Shown here one piece after another: positions 1-8,127 of a stretch of DNA of 24,013 nt (positions are counted from its first letter, which is position 1; the number at the start of each line of letters is the position of its first letter). The position numbers and the translations under genes were made by a program. Under the pieces are notes generated by a model. That model saw only the letters and a list, made by a program, of their open reading frames with translations, was not told the DNA's origin and searched no databases. Source of the stretch: Candidatus Pacearchaeota archaeon ex4484_31 (GTDB lineage: Archaea > Nanobdellota > Nanobdellia > Pacearchaeales > UBA284); NCBI GenBank assembly GCA_002254805.1, contig NJDW01000001.1, positions 1-24,013 of the forward strand. The letters run 5' to 3'.

Positions 1-2
1 GA

Positions 3-311
3 TGGGCTACAGCAGAAATAACTCCAGAAAGCTTTGTACTTGAACCTAGCGAAAAAGAAACAGTAAGTATCTACATAAATGTTGATGAAAATGCAGTTAC
101 AGGAAAGCATATCTTTACAGCTAGCTTTTCCTATGACACAGAAGTAAAGGAATATAGCTTAACAGCAAATGTGAAAGAACCAGAAATAGGATTTGTAAAG
201 CCAGACATAAAAACTACGTTGATGGTAGTAGCCATAGTACTTGCTGTAATCATCATAGTGTTGCTAGTGGTTTTACTTGCACAAAAACCAAAAAAAGAAG
301 AATACTACTAA
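3..311 (+). CDS. 3' end of a surface/S-layer-like protein: Ig-like (NEW3/CARDB-type) domain plus C-terminal transmembrane anchor; 5' partial
   Basis: Open frame from the window edge: WATAEITPESFVLEPSEKETVSIYINVDENAVTGKHIFTASFSY...TLMVVAIVLAVIIIVLLVVLLAQKPKKEEYY*. Beta-rich Ig-type pattern, then a ~20-aa hydrophobic helix and a short charged tail. Stop TAA at 309-311. Absent from the supplied ORF track because it has no start in the window. Confidence 0.8.
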   Translation, partial: WATAEITPESFVLEPSEKETVSIYINVDENAVTGKHIFTASFSYDTEVKEYSLTANVKEPEIGFVKPDIKTTLMVVAIVLAVIIIVLLVVLLAQKPKKEEYY

Positions 312-370
312 ATTTTTGTTTTTTATTTTCTTTTTTATTTTTTTCTTTTTATTTTATCTTTTTTTTATCC
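312..370 (+). terminator. Oligo(T)-rich archaeal intrinsic terminator region
   Basis: About 55 nt of near-continuous T runs directly after the stop at 311; archaeal terminators are U-tracts. Confidence 0.6.
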
Positions 371-393
371 TTTCAAAATGTATTTTACACTAT

Positions 394-408
394 CAAAAAG
401 TTTATATA
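394..408 (+). promoter_or_regulatory. BRE/TATA promoter of the 714-aa surface protein
   Basis: CAAAAAG followed by TTTATATA (401-408), 37 nt upstream of ATG 446. Confidence 0.6.
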
Positions 409-445
409 TCCTATTTTTCTCTTTAAGTAATAACAAAAAGCAAAA

Positions 446-2590
446 ATGAAAAAGAAATCTTTAAAGCTTACAGCTAAGCTTACGAGTTTTTGCTTAATTC
501 TTTTAACTCTTTTCTTAGTTGTTTCTTTAACAAAGCTTGCTATGGCTGATTTTACTGTTGAAGAAAGAATCTTAACGAATAGCGTATGTCCTGGAAGCAC
601 GATCCTTATCCAAGAAAAGATAACAACAGATACAGCATCAACCTTTACAGTTACTCTTTCAGGATCAGCTTCAAGATTTAGCGTAGCTGTTCCAAGCGGT
701 TTTTGGCTTGAGCCAGATGAAGAAAAAACAGTATACATTTATGTAACGCCTTCAAGCAGAACAGTTCCTGGCAGTTACACACTCAGAGTGAACATAGAAA
801 GCCAAGGAATTTCAAAAGTAAGGGAGTATGAAATAATTGTAGAAAACTGTCATAGTACTTCTCTGACGGTTGAACCAACATTCCAAAGGATTTGCGCTTG
901 TGAAACAAAGCAACTAAAGTTAACAATAAAAAATCAAGGAAATTATCTTGAAAATTATCAACTAAAGGTAAGAAGTCCTATAGCAAGCTGGGTAAACCTA
1001 ACATCAGAAACAGTTTCTTTACATCCTGGATCAGAAAAAGAAATAACAGCTTATGTTTCTGTTCCTTGCAATGCAAGAGGTGATTATGAAATAAACTTTG
1101 AAGCTGTTGGAACTTCAGAATATGCAAGAGCAAGTGCAAAGGCGAGTGTTTCTGTTGTTCAGTGCTTTGATTACTCGCTAAGTCCTGAAAAGACTTCTTA
1201 TTCTTTATGTGATGGTGAAAAATTAAATACAAGCATAAAAATAAAAAATTTAGGAACAAGAGATAATACATATAGTTTGATGGTTGATGCTCCGAGATGG
1301 GTTTCTATAGAGCAAAAAAAAGTAAGTGTTAAGAAGAATGAAGAAAAGACCTTAAGCCTTAGGGTAGAACCTCCTTACCTAACAGAAGGCACCTTCACTG
1401 CAAAGATCACAGCTTTAAGCGATTACGGAAAGGTTATGAAAACAGTTGAAATTGAGTTTAAGATAGAAAGATGTCATGGAATAATCTTAACAGTAGAAAA
1501 GGAAAAGGATAAAATATGTAATGGATTTTCAAAAAATTATTCCTTAACAGTTAGGAACATAGGAAAATTTAAAGATACTTTTGACATAACATTAGAAGCT
1601 CCTGAATGGGTTTCTTTAAGCTTAACTCACTTAACATTGAATGCAACAGAAGAAAGAACCCTTACATTAACTGCCTCTCCACCAACCAATGCCAGAGAAG
1701 GAAAGAACGAAATCATAGTAAAAGTGAAGGATCCTTTAACAAAGGCAGAATCAGAAGCAAGAATAGAGCTAGAAACTGTATCGATAGAAAATTGTTATAA
1801 GCCGGTTATAGAAACTGAAAATACTACAGTGATTATAGCGAAAGACACAACAACCATTTTACCTTTAACAATAACAAATGAAGGAATAGAAAAAGCAACA
1901 TATGAAATAAGCTTGAGCGGAACTGGTATAGGATTCTGTCAAATAAATCCTGCAGCCTTGTCGTTAAAGCCTGAAGAATCTGAAATCATTTATTTGTACA
2001 TAGCTCCTCCTGTAGAAATCGAAGAAGGAAACTACTTTGTTAATATAATAGCAAAAGCAGTAGAGGGAAATGCTGTTGCAAGCAAAACAATAATCATTTC
2101 AGTAACAAAACCAACAGAATTTGAAAAGATAGAAAAGATAGAAAAGCCAGAGGTTACAGGAAAAGCAGTAGAAGAAAAAAAGAAAATTTCATGGTTTGCA
2201 AAATTGATTTCCTTTATCTTAAGGTTGTTCAGGCCAAGAACAGAGAAAATAAATATTACGAATGTAACTAACATAACAAACATAACTGAAATTAGTGAAA
2301 CAAAACCGATAAACAGAGCGCCTGTGCTTATAAAAGAGATTCCAAACATTACGATAAAAAAGAACGAAACATTTACGATTGATCTAGCTTTATACTTCAA
2401 AGATCCTGACAACGATAAGCTTACATTCGTTGTTATAAAACCTTTGCATATAGAAGTTAAAACAAAAGGAAGTAAAGTAACTTTGATTCCTGAAAAGGGT
2501 TTTGAAGGAGAAACAAAAACAAGGTTTTATGCGTTTGATGGTAAAGAAATAGCTTCTAGCAATCCTGTAAAGATAACAGTAAAAAGCTAA
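446..2590 (+). CDS. Secreted multi-Ig-domain (NEW3/CARDB-like) surface protein with a C-terminal cadherin-like domain
   Basis: Signal peptide (MKKK, hydrophobic core, AMA-D). About five ~98-aa Ig-like repeats (l.I.N.G...d.y.l.v..p.wv.l). Central amphipathic segment WFAKLISFILRLF, linker NITNVTNITNIT, and a C-terminal NRAPVL...DLALYFKDPDNDKLTF cadherin/Big-like domain. Confidence 0.75.
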   Translation: MKKKSLKLTAKLTSFCLILLTLFLVVSLTKLAMADFTVEERILTNSVCPGSTILIQEKITTDTASTFTVTLSGSASRFSVAVPSGFWLEPDEEKTVYIYVTPSSRTVPGSYTLRVNIESQGISKVREYEIIVENCHSTSLTVEPTFQRICACETKQLKLTIKNQGNYLENYQLKVRSPIASWVNLTSETVSLHPGSEKEITAYVSVPCNARGDYEINFEAVGTSEYARASAKASVSVVQCFDYSLSPEKTSYSLCDGEKLNTSIKIKNLGTRDNTYSLMVDAPRWVSIEQKKVSVKKNEEKTLSLRVEPPYLTEGTFTAKITALSDYGKVMKTVEIEFKIERCHGIILTVEKEKDKICNGFSKNYSLTVRNIGKFKDTFDITLEAPEWVSLSLTHLTLNATEERTLTLTASPPTNAREGKNEIIVKVKDPLTKAESEARIELETVSIENCYKPVIETENTTVIIAKDTTTILPLTITNEGIEKATYEISLSGTGIGFCQINPAALSLKPEESEIIYLYIAPPVEIEEGNYFVNIIAKAVEGNAVASKTIIISVTKPTEFEKIEKIEKPEVTGKAVEEKKKISWFAKLISFILRLFRPRTEKINITNVTNITNITEISETKPINRAPVLIKEIPNITIKKNETFTIDLALYFKDPDNDKLTFVVIKPLHIEVKTKGSKVTLIPEKGFEGETKTRFYAFDGKEIASSNPVKITVKS

Positions 2591-4992
2591 AGCTTTAAGC
2601 TTATAACCTTACTTACTCCATCCTGCATAGAAGCTCCATATAGCGTATCGGCTTGACTTATCACTGCATCGTTATGTGTTATTATTATGCACTGTGAATT
2701 TTTTACACTTTCTCTTAGCATAAATGCAAACCTTTCTGAGTTTCTTTTATCAAGTGCTGGATCGACTTCATCAAAAATGTAAAAACAGTATGGCTTATAC
2801 TTTTGTATTGCAAGTATCAAAGCCAATGCTGTTAAAACCTTTTCGCCTCCACTCAACGATTCAGCATCCATGTACTTTCCTTTTCCTAACTTTATGACTA
2901 TTTCAATGCCACCAGCAAAAGGATCCTCTTTATTTTCAAGCCTCATGAAAGCTTCTCTGTTTTTTCCATCAAGCATTGTAAAGTTTTTAGAAAAATTCTT
3001 GTTTATCTCGTTGAACGTTTGCATGAACGCTTGTTTCTTTTTTCTATCAATCGTTCTTATGACTTTCAGTATTTCTTCCTTTTCTTCTTCTAATTTGTTA
3101 ACCTTCTCAACAATACTTTCGTACTCAGCCTTAACCTTTTCATACACTTCTAGAGCTCTAAGATTTACAGAACCGATTTCCAAAAGCTTTCTTTCATTTC
3201 TTGCTATCCTCTCTTTTAGTTCATTCTTACTTTCTTTTATTTCAGTAACAGATTCTTTCAAATCTTCGTATTCTTTTGATTCTTCTAACATTACTTCCAG
3301 CTCAGCATTTAACTTTGCCTTTAAAATATTAAGCTCGTTAATTTCGTTTTCTATTTCCCTAGCTTTTATTTCCTTCTCCCTTACTTTCATTTCTTTTTCC
3401 CTTTTCAGCTCCTGCAGCTTGTTTTTTCTCATCAAAAGCCTTGAGAACTTTTCTTTCAATTTTTTTTCTTCTTTTTCTTTCTCTCTCAATAACTTAGCTT
3501 TTCTCTTGCTTTCCTTCTCAAGCTCATTCTTTAGTTCTTCAAAGTTTTTCTTTTCAAGCTTTGTTTTCTTTATAAGTTCCTCTATCCTTAACACTTCTTT
3601 CTTCATAAGTTCAAGTTCAAGAACAGAATCTTTTATTTTTTCTTCAGATATTTTAAGCCTTCTTGCTTCCTCTATCATCAAAGCAGCTTTTTTTATTTCT
3701 TCATTCAAATTCTTAGATATGCTATCTATGTAAGAAATCATTTTTTTTATTTCCTCAGCAGCTTTTTCTAAGCTATTTTCTTTGATAAAACTTTCAATAG
3801 CAAAGTTCTTTTCTTTGATATTGTTCAGAAACTCTTTTAAGGTACCATTAATTCTGTTCCAGCTTTCCTTTAATGTATTTGCAATTCTTATTATTTCTTT
3901 TCTGAAAGAGCCTACACTAACATATTTGAAGTTCTCTTCTTTCTTGCTTTTTTCTAAACTTTCTATTTTTTTTGTGATTGCTTCTTTATCTTTTTTTAGC
4001 TGTTCTATCCTTTTTTCAACATTTTCGAGCTGATCCTTTGAATGAGAAAGTTTAACGTTAAGTACAGCTACCTCAGATCGTAGCTTACTTAGTTCCTCAA
4101 ACAATTTTTCTTGCTCTATTCCTGATTGTCTTTCTATTTCCTCATTTATTTTCTGGATTTCTTCCTCTATTCTAGAAATCTTTTCTTTGAAAACGTTTAT
4201 ACTTTCTTTTGTTTTATCAGCAAGTTTTTTCCTTTCTTCGATGTTTTCCAAAAGCTTTTCAATTTCTTTTTTCTTTTCAAAGATTTGCTTGAAAATTAAA
4301 GCAGCTTTATCCTTTCTTATTTCTTCCTTCAGCTTTTCATACATTTCGGCTTGTTTCTTTTCCTTCTCCAAATTTTTCATGTAAGCAGATCTTTCGTTTA
4401 GTATTGTTTTAACCTCCTTTAACTTAGCTTCGGTTTTTTCAAGCTCGTTCAATGCTTTTTCTTTTCTCTTTTCATATATGCTTATTCCAGCTATTTCCTC
4501 TATGATTTGTCTTTTCTCTTCAGGATGAAGCCTTATAAGCTTATCTATCTCTGCCTGTAGGATTATGTTAAAACCTTCTGGATCTATTCCTGCTTGAGCT
4601 AGTAGTTCCAAAACTTCTTGTCTTGTTTTTGTTTTTCCGTTTATCTTATAAATACTTGTTCCGTCTCTTCTTACGATTCTTGTTATTTCAACTTCCTTGC
4701 ATGGTTCTGGCAAAACAAATACGTTATCTGAATTATCAAACACGATGCTTACAGTAGCAGTTTTGGCAGGTTTATCGTTGGTTCCGCCATGGTAGATAAG
4801 GTTTGAGGCTTTCGAAGCTCTTAGGCTTTTTACTTTTAACCTTCCTAGAACAAAACAAATTGCTTCAACAAGGTTGCTCTTTCCACTACCGTTAGGACCA
4901 ACTATACAATTCAGGCCTTTTTCAAATATGATAGTTGTTGGTTTTGCAAAGCTTTTAAAACCATCAAGGTAAAGCTTTTTTATGTAAGGCAT
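2587..4992 (-). CDS. smc: Short Smc-family ATPase (801 aa) with no recognisable hinge
   Basis: Walker A GPNGSGKSN, Q-loop region NIILQAEI, signature LSGGEK, Walker B/D-loop FDEVDPALD, H-loop ITHN. Smc-type neck motifs IEEIAGI and IGSVNLRALEVY, with long coiled coils between the head halves. Confidence 0.85.
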   Translation of the reverse strand: MPYIKKLYLDGFKSFAKPTTIIFEKGLNCIVGPNGSGKSNLVEAICFVLGRLKVKSLRASKASNLIYHGGTNDKPAKTATVSIVFDNSDNVFVLPEPCKEVEITRIVRRDGTSIYKINGKTKTRQEVLELLAQAGIDPEGFNIILQAEIDKLIRLHPEEKRQIIEEIAGISIYEKRKEKALNELEKTEAKLKEVKTILNERSAYMKNLEKEKKQAEMYEKLKEEIRKDKAALIFKQIFEKKKEIEKLLENIEERKKLADKTKESINVFKEKISRIEEEIQKINEEIERQSGIEQEKLFEELSKLRSEVAVLNVKLSHSKDQLENVEKRIEQLKKDKEAITKKIESLEKSKKEENFKYVSVGSFRKEIIRIANTLKESWNRINGTLKEFLNNIKEKNFAIESFIKENSLEKAAEEIKKMISYIDSISKNLNEEIKKAALMIEEARRLKISEEKIKDSVLELELMKKEVLRIEELIKKTKLEKKNFEELKNELEKESKRKAKLLREKEKEEKKLKEKFSRLLMRKNKLQELKREKEMKVREKEIKAREIENEINELNILKAKLNAELEVMLEESKEYEDLKESVTEIKESKNELKERIARNERKLLEIGSVNLRALEVYEKVKAEYESIVEKVNKLEEEKEEILKVIRTIDRKKKQAFMQTFNEINKNFSKNFTMLDGKNREAFMRLENKEDPFAGGIEIVIKLGKGKYMDAESLSGGEKVLTALALILAIQKYKPYCFYIFDEVDPALDKRNSERFAFMLRESVKNSQCIIITHNDAVISQADTLYGASMQDGVSKVISLKL

Positions 4993-5068
4993 TTTAATGC
5001 ATTTTAATAGAACGCTTAAGAGCTTTTTAATTTTTATTTTTTGTTTTTTAGTTTTTGTTTTTTATTAT

Positions 5069-5082
5069 GAAAGTTTTATAAA
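5069..5082 (+). promoter_or_regulatory. BRE/TATA promoter of the KaiC operon (probably leaderless mRNA)
   Basis: GAAAG then TTTATAAA (5075-5082), 20 nt upstream of ATG 5103. Confidence 0.6.
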
Positions 5083-5102
5083 GGTAAGAATAAAAGTAAT
5101 GT

Positions 5103-5951
5103 ATGGTAAAAAAAGAGTTTTGTAAGTTGGAAGAACTAGAGGGGAAAGCTCCAGAGATATTTGGAGTGTCAACAGGAACAAAACTTGATCAACTTTTCTG
5201 GAAAATTGAAAAAGAGAAAAATAAAATTGTAAAAAAGCCATTAGGAGGAATTCCTTACCTTTCTGTTATGAACATCACAGGGATTCCAGATAGTGGAAAA
5301 AGTCTTTTTGCTGAGCAATTCGCCATCACACAAGCGAATGAAGGATACAAGGTACTTTTTGTTACGGTTGAATCTCCTGCAAATTTTCTTTATACTTCAT
5401 TCAAAACAAAGGCAGAGTATCTTAAGGTAGACTTTTCAAAAGTTGTTAACAATGTTATAGTCATAGATGCTTCAGCAAAAGAAGAATTTAGAGAAAATCC
5501 AAAGGCATTGATGGATACCATGGCAGAAGCAATAAAAGAATATCATACAACGAACGTAGTAATAGACAGTATTACTGGACTTTACGAACATAAAGAAATG
5601 ATGGCAAGACAAATAGTAAGAAAATTCTTTAATTTTTTGAAAAAATGGAAACAAACAGGACTGTTCGTTTCTCAAAAAAGATCGGCACAGGCTGCTGAAA
5701 CAGCGGAAGCTGCAGGAGGGTTAGCTGTTGCACATATCGTAGACGGAACAATAGTCATGGATAAAAAGCTGATCGAAAATAAGTGGGAAGAAAATCTGTA
5801 TAGGTTGCCTGTTGGCAGTACTTTAAGAACCATAAGAATAGATGGTTGTAGGCTTACAGGTCATGATACAAAGCCATGGATTTTTGAAATTTCTCCAGCA
5901 GGAACAATCGATATTTTAACACCATTGGAAAAGTTTATAAGAAGAAAATAA
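5103..5951 (+). CDS. KaiC-domain ATPase, AF_0795 family (TIGR03878-like)
   Basis: Walker A GIPDSGKS and Walker B VVIDS. Family-typical strings VTVESPANF, DSITGLYE..EMMARQIVR, SQKR, AEAAGG.AV.HIVDG and RIDGCR..GHDT, recognised from memory of the family. Confidence 0.88.
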   Translation: MVKKEFCKLEELEGKAPEIFGVSTGTKLDQLFWKIEKEKNKIVKKPLGGIPYLSVMNITGIPDSGKSLFAEQFAITQANEGYKVLFVTVESPANFLYTSFKTKAEYLKVDFSKVVNNVIVIDASAKEEFRENPKALMDTMAEAIKEYHTTNVVIDSITGLYEHKEMMARQIVRKFFNFLKKWKQTGLFVSQKRSAQAAETAEAAGGLAVAHIVDGTIVMDKKLIENKWEENLYRLPVGSTLRTIRIDGCRLTGHDTKPWIFEISPAGTIDILTPLEKFIRRK

Positions 5952-5954
5952 AAC

Positions 5955-6362
5955 GTGAAAATAAAAATGGATGAAGAAAAAGGTGAAGAAAAAGAAGAAA
6001 AAATGAAAGTAATAAAAGAACCTATCATCAAAGAAAATGTTGATGAGTTAGCAGAAAAGGTTTTCCATGAATGTATAAACATTCTTGGAGGTTTAAAAAA
6101 ACTCATGGAATACAGGAACCTAACGTGGCTTCCATCGTTAGCAGAAGCATCATACGTTGTTGTGCTTAAAGAAGAACTGATGAAAACAAACAGGGAGATA
6201 GCTGAAATGCTTGGAATAACTGAGCAAACTGTAAGAAATATTTTACAAGCGGATGAAGAAGAAGTAAAAAAATACATAGGAGGAGAAATAGAAAAGGTGG
6301 ATGAACACAAAGCTGGAGGAATCGCTAAACTTGCTTATAAAAACATAAAAAGAAAGTCTTAA
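5955..6362 (+). CDS. KaiC-associated HTH regulatory protein (TIGR03879-like); true start may be ATG 5967
   Basis: NLTWLPSLA...EIAEMLGITEQTVRNIL...KAGGIAKLAY matches the partner family found next to KaiC-domain genes. Begins 3 nt after the KaiC stop. Confidence 0.85.
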   Translation: MKIKMDEEKGEEKEEKMKVIKEPIIKENVDELAEKVFHECINILGGLKKLMEYRNLTWLPSLAEASYVVVLKEELMKTNREIAEMLGITEQTVRNILQADEEEVKKYIGGEIEKVDEHKAGGIAKLAYKNIKRKS

Positions 6363-6364
6363 GC

Positions 6365-7390
6365 ATGAAAAGGTTTTTGGTAACATGTGATCCTGGCTTG
6401 GAAGACATAGCTGAAGAAGAAATAAGAAAAAAGTTAAAAGCTAAGGTTAAAAGATTTTTCAACTTTCAGGGCAAGCTTCTCGTTGATTTAAAAAGCTCAA
6501 AAAAGCTGTTTGCATTACATTCACTTCATCATATAATAGAACTGAAAAAAACATTCTTTCTTAGGAAAAAAACCTTAGATGAACTGTATGAAAAAATAAA
6601 AAGAACTAACATAGATGAACTTGAAAAAGCTGATAGCTTTAGGGTGACAAGTAAAAGGTTTGGTCAGCATAGCTTTACTTCTATACAAATTCAAAATATT
6701 TGTGGTAAGGCTTTACAAGAAAAGTACAAAAAGAAGGTTGACCTAAAAAATTTTGATGTTAACATAAGGATTGATGTTGTAGGAAACCTTTGCTTTGTTG
6801 GAATACAACATACAAGGGAATCTTTATATAAAAGATTCAAAAAAAGTTTTAACCATCCAGCTGCAATAAAATCTACAATTGCTTATGGAATGCTTTGTTT
6901 AGCAGGGATAAAGAAAGGAAATACTTTACTTGACCCGATGTGTGGAAGCGGTACAATTCCTTTAGAAGCAGCTTCACTGTTTAAGGATAAAATAAGAATT
7001 GTGGCTGGTGACATAAACAAAGAATATGTGAAAGGAGCTGAAGAAAATGCTAAGCTTAACGGACTTGAAAAGTTCATAGAATTTAAGATGATTGATGCTA
7101 CAAAACTCGAGAAATACTTTGAGAAAGCAGAAAAAGTAGATAGAATAGTTACAAATCCTCCTTATGGAATCAAGATTGGTAAGAGAAAAAACCTAAGAAA
7201 ACTTTACAGAAATTTTTTGGTATCAGCAAGCAAAATTCTTTCAGATTCTGGCAGAATGGTAGTTATAAATCTAAGGGCAGAAATGTTCAGGATAGCAGTA
7301 ATAAGAACAAAGTTATTTAAAGTAATTCATGAAAGGGTTGTTGAAAGCGGAGGCCTATATCCTCACATATTCGTGTTAGAAAAAATTTAA
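6365..7390 (+). CDS. trm14: THUMP-domain tRNA (guanine-N2)-methyltransferase, Trm14/TrmN-like (m2G6)
   Basis: N-terminal THUMP (SFRVTSKRFGQHSFTS...KVDLKNFD), HPAAIKSTIA, SAM motif I DPMCGSGTI and motif IV TNPPYG. Site specificity is inferred from family resemblance. Confidence 0.8.
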   Translation: MKRFLVTCDPGLEDIAEEEIRKKLKAKVKRFFNFQGKLLVDLKSSKKLFALHSLHHIIELKKTFFLRKKTLDELYEKIKRTNIDELEKADSFRVTSKRFGQHSFTSIQIQNICGKALQEKYKKKVDLKNFDVNIRIDVVGNLCFVGIQHTRESLYKRFKKSFNHPAAIKSTIAYGMLCLAGIKKGNTLLDPMCGSGTIPLEAASLFKDKIRIVAGDINKEYVKGAEENAKLNGLEKFIEFKMIDATKLEKYFEKAEKVDRIVTNPPYGIKIGKRKNLRKLYRNFLVSASKILSDSGRMVVINLRAEMFRIAVIRTKLFKVIHERVVESGGLYPHIFVLEKI

Positions 7391-7411
7391 ATCCTAACTT
7401 TAAGGTAATCT

Positions 7412-8089
7412 ATGGAGAAAAAAACAAAGCTAGCTGTGCTATTCACTGGTGGAAAAGACAGTTGCTTAGCTATGTTTCTCGCAAGAAAATCGAATGAAAT
7501 ATGTTGTTTAATAACCATTGATTCTGAAAACAAGGAAAGCTATATGTTTCATACTCCTTCGATTTCTGCAGTAAAAAAACAAGCATCTGTTATGGAACTG
7601 CCTATAATAATAAAAAAAACAAAAGGTGAAAAGGAAAAAGAACTGAAGGATCTGGAAAAAGCAATCAAAATCGCTAAGCAAAAATATGAAATAGAAGGCA
7701 TTGTAACTGGAACAATTGCATCAACCTACCAGCTTTCTAGGATACAAAAAATTTGCAACACTCTTTCTTTAAAATGCTTAAATCCTTTATGGCAAAAAGA
7801 CCAGTTTGAAATTTTAAATGAGTTGATAAGGAATAGGTTTGAGGTAATAATAACTGGGGTTTTTGCATATCCATTAACAAAGGAATGGCTAGGAAGAAAA
7901 ATAGATAAAAGCTTCGTTGAGGAAATGAAAAAATTAAACGAAAAGTATAAAATAAATCCTGCTGGCGAGGGCGGTGAATTTGAAAGCTTTGTTTTGTATT
8001 GTCCAATGTTTAGGAAAAGACTGAAAGTAGTTGATAAAAAGATTTTTGGAGAAAAGAATTCTTTTAGGATGGAAATCAAGGTTGAGTAA
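7412..8089 (+). CDS. dph6: Diphthine--ammonia ligase (Dph6/MJ0570 family PP-loop ATPase)
   Basis: PP-loop FTGGKDS, SYMFH, GTIASTYQ, PLWQ and NPAGEGGEFESFV motifs. Confidence 0.88.
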   Translation: MEKKTKLAVLFTGGKDSCLAMFLARKSNEICCLITIDSENKESYMFHTPSISAVKKQASVMELPIIIKKTKGEKEKELKDLEKAIKIAKQKYEIEGIVTGTIASTYQLSRIQKICNTLSLKCLNPLWQKDQFEILNELIRNRFEVIITGVFAYPLTKEWLGRKIDKSFVEEMKKLNEKYKINPAGEGGEFESFVLYCPMFRKRLKVVDKKIFGEKNSFRMEIKVE

Positions 8090-8127
8090 AAAGTAAAAAA
8101 ATTTTAAAACAAGATTGTTTATAAGTT

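Noticed and set aside
2587-4992. Calling the short SMC protein Rad50/SbcC
   Set aside because: No CXXC hook and no adjacent mre11. Head and neck motifs are Smc-type.
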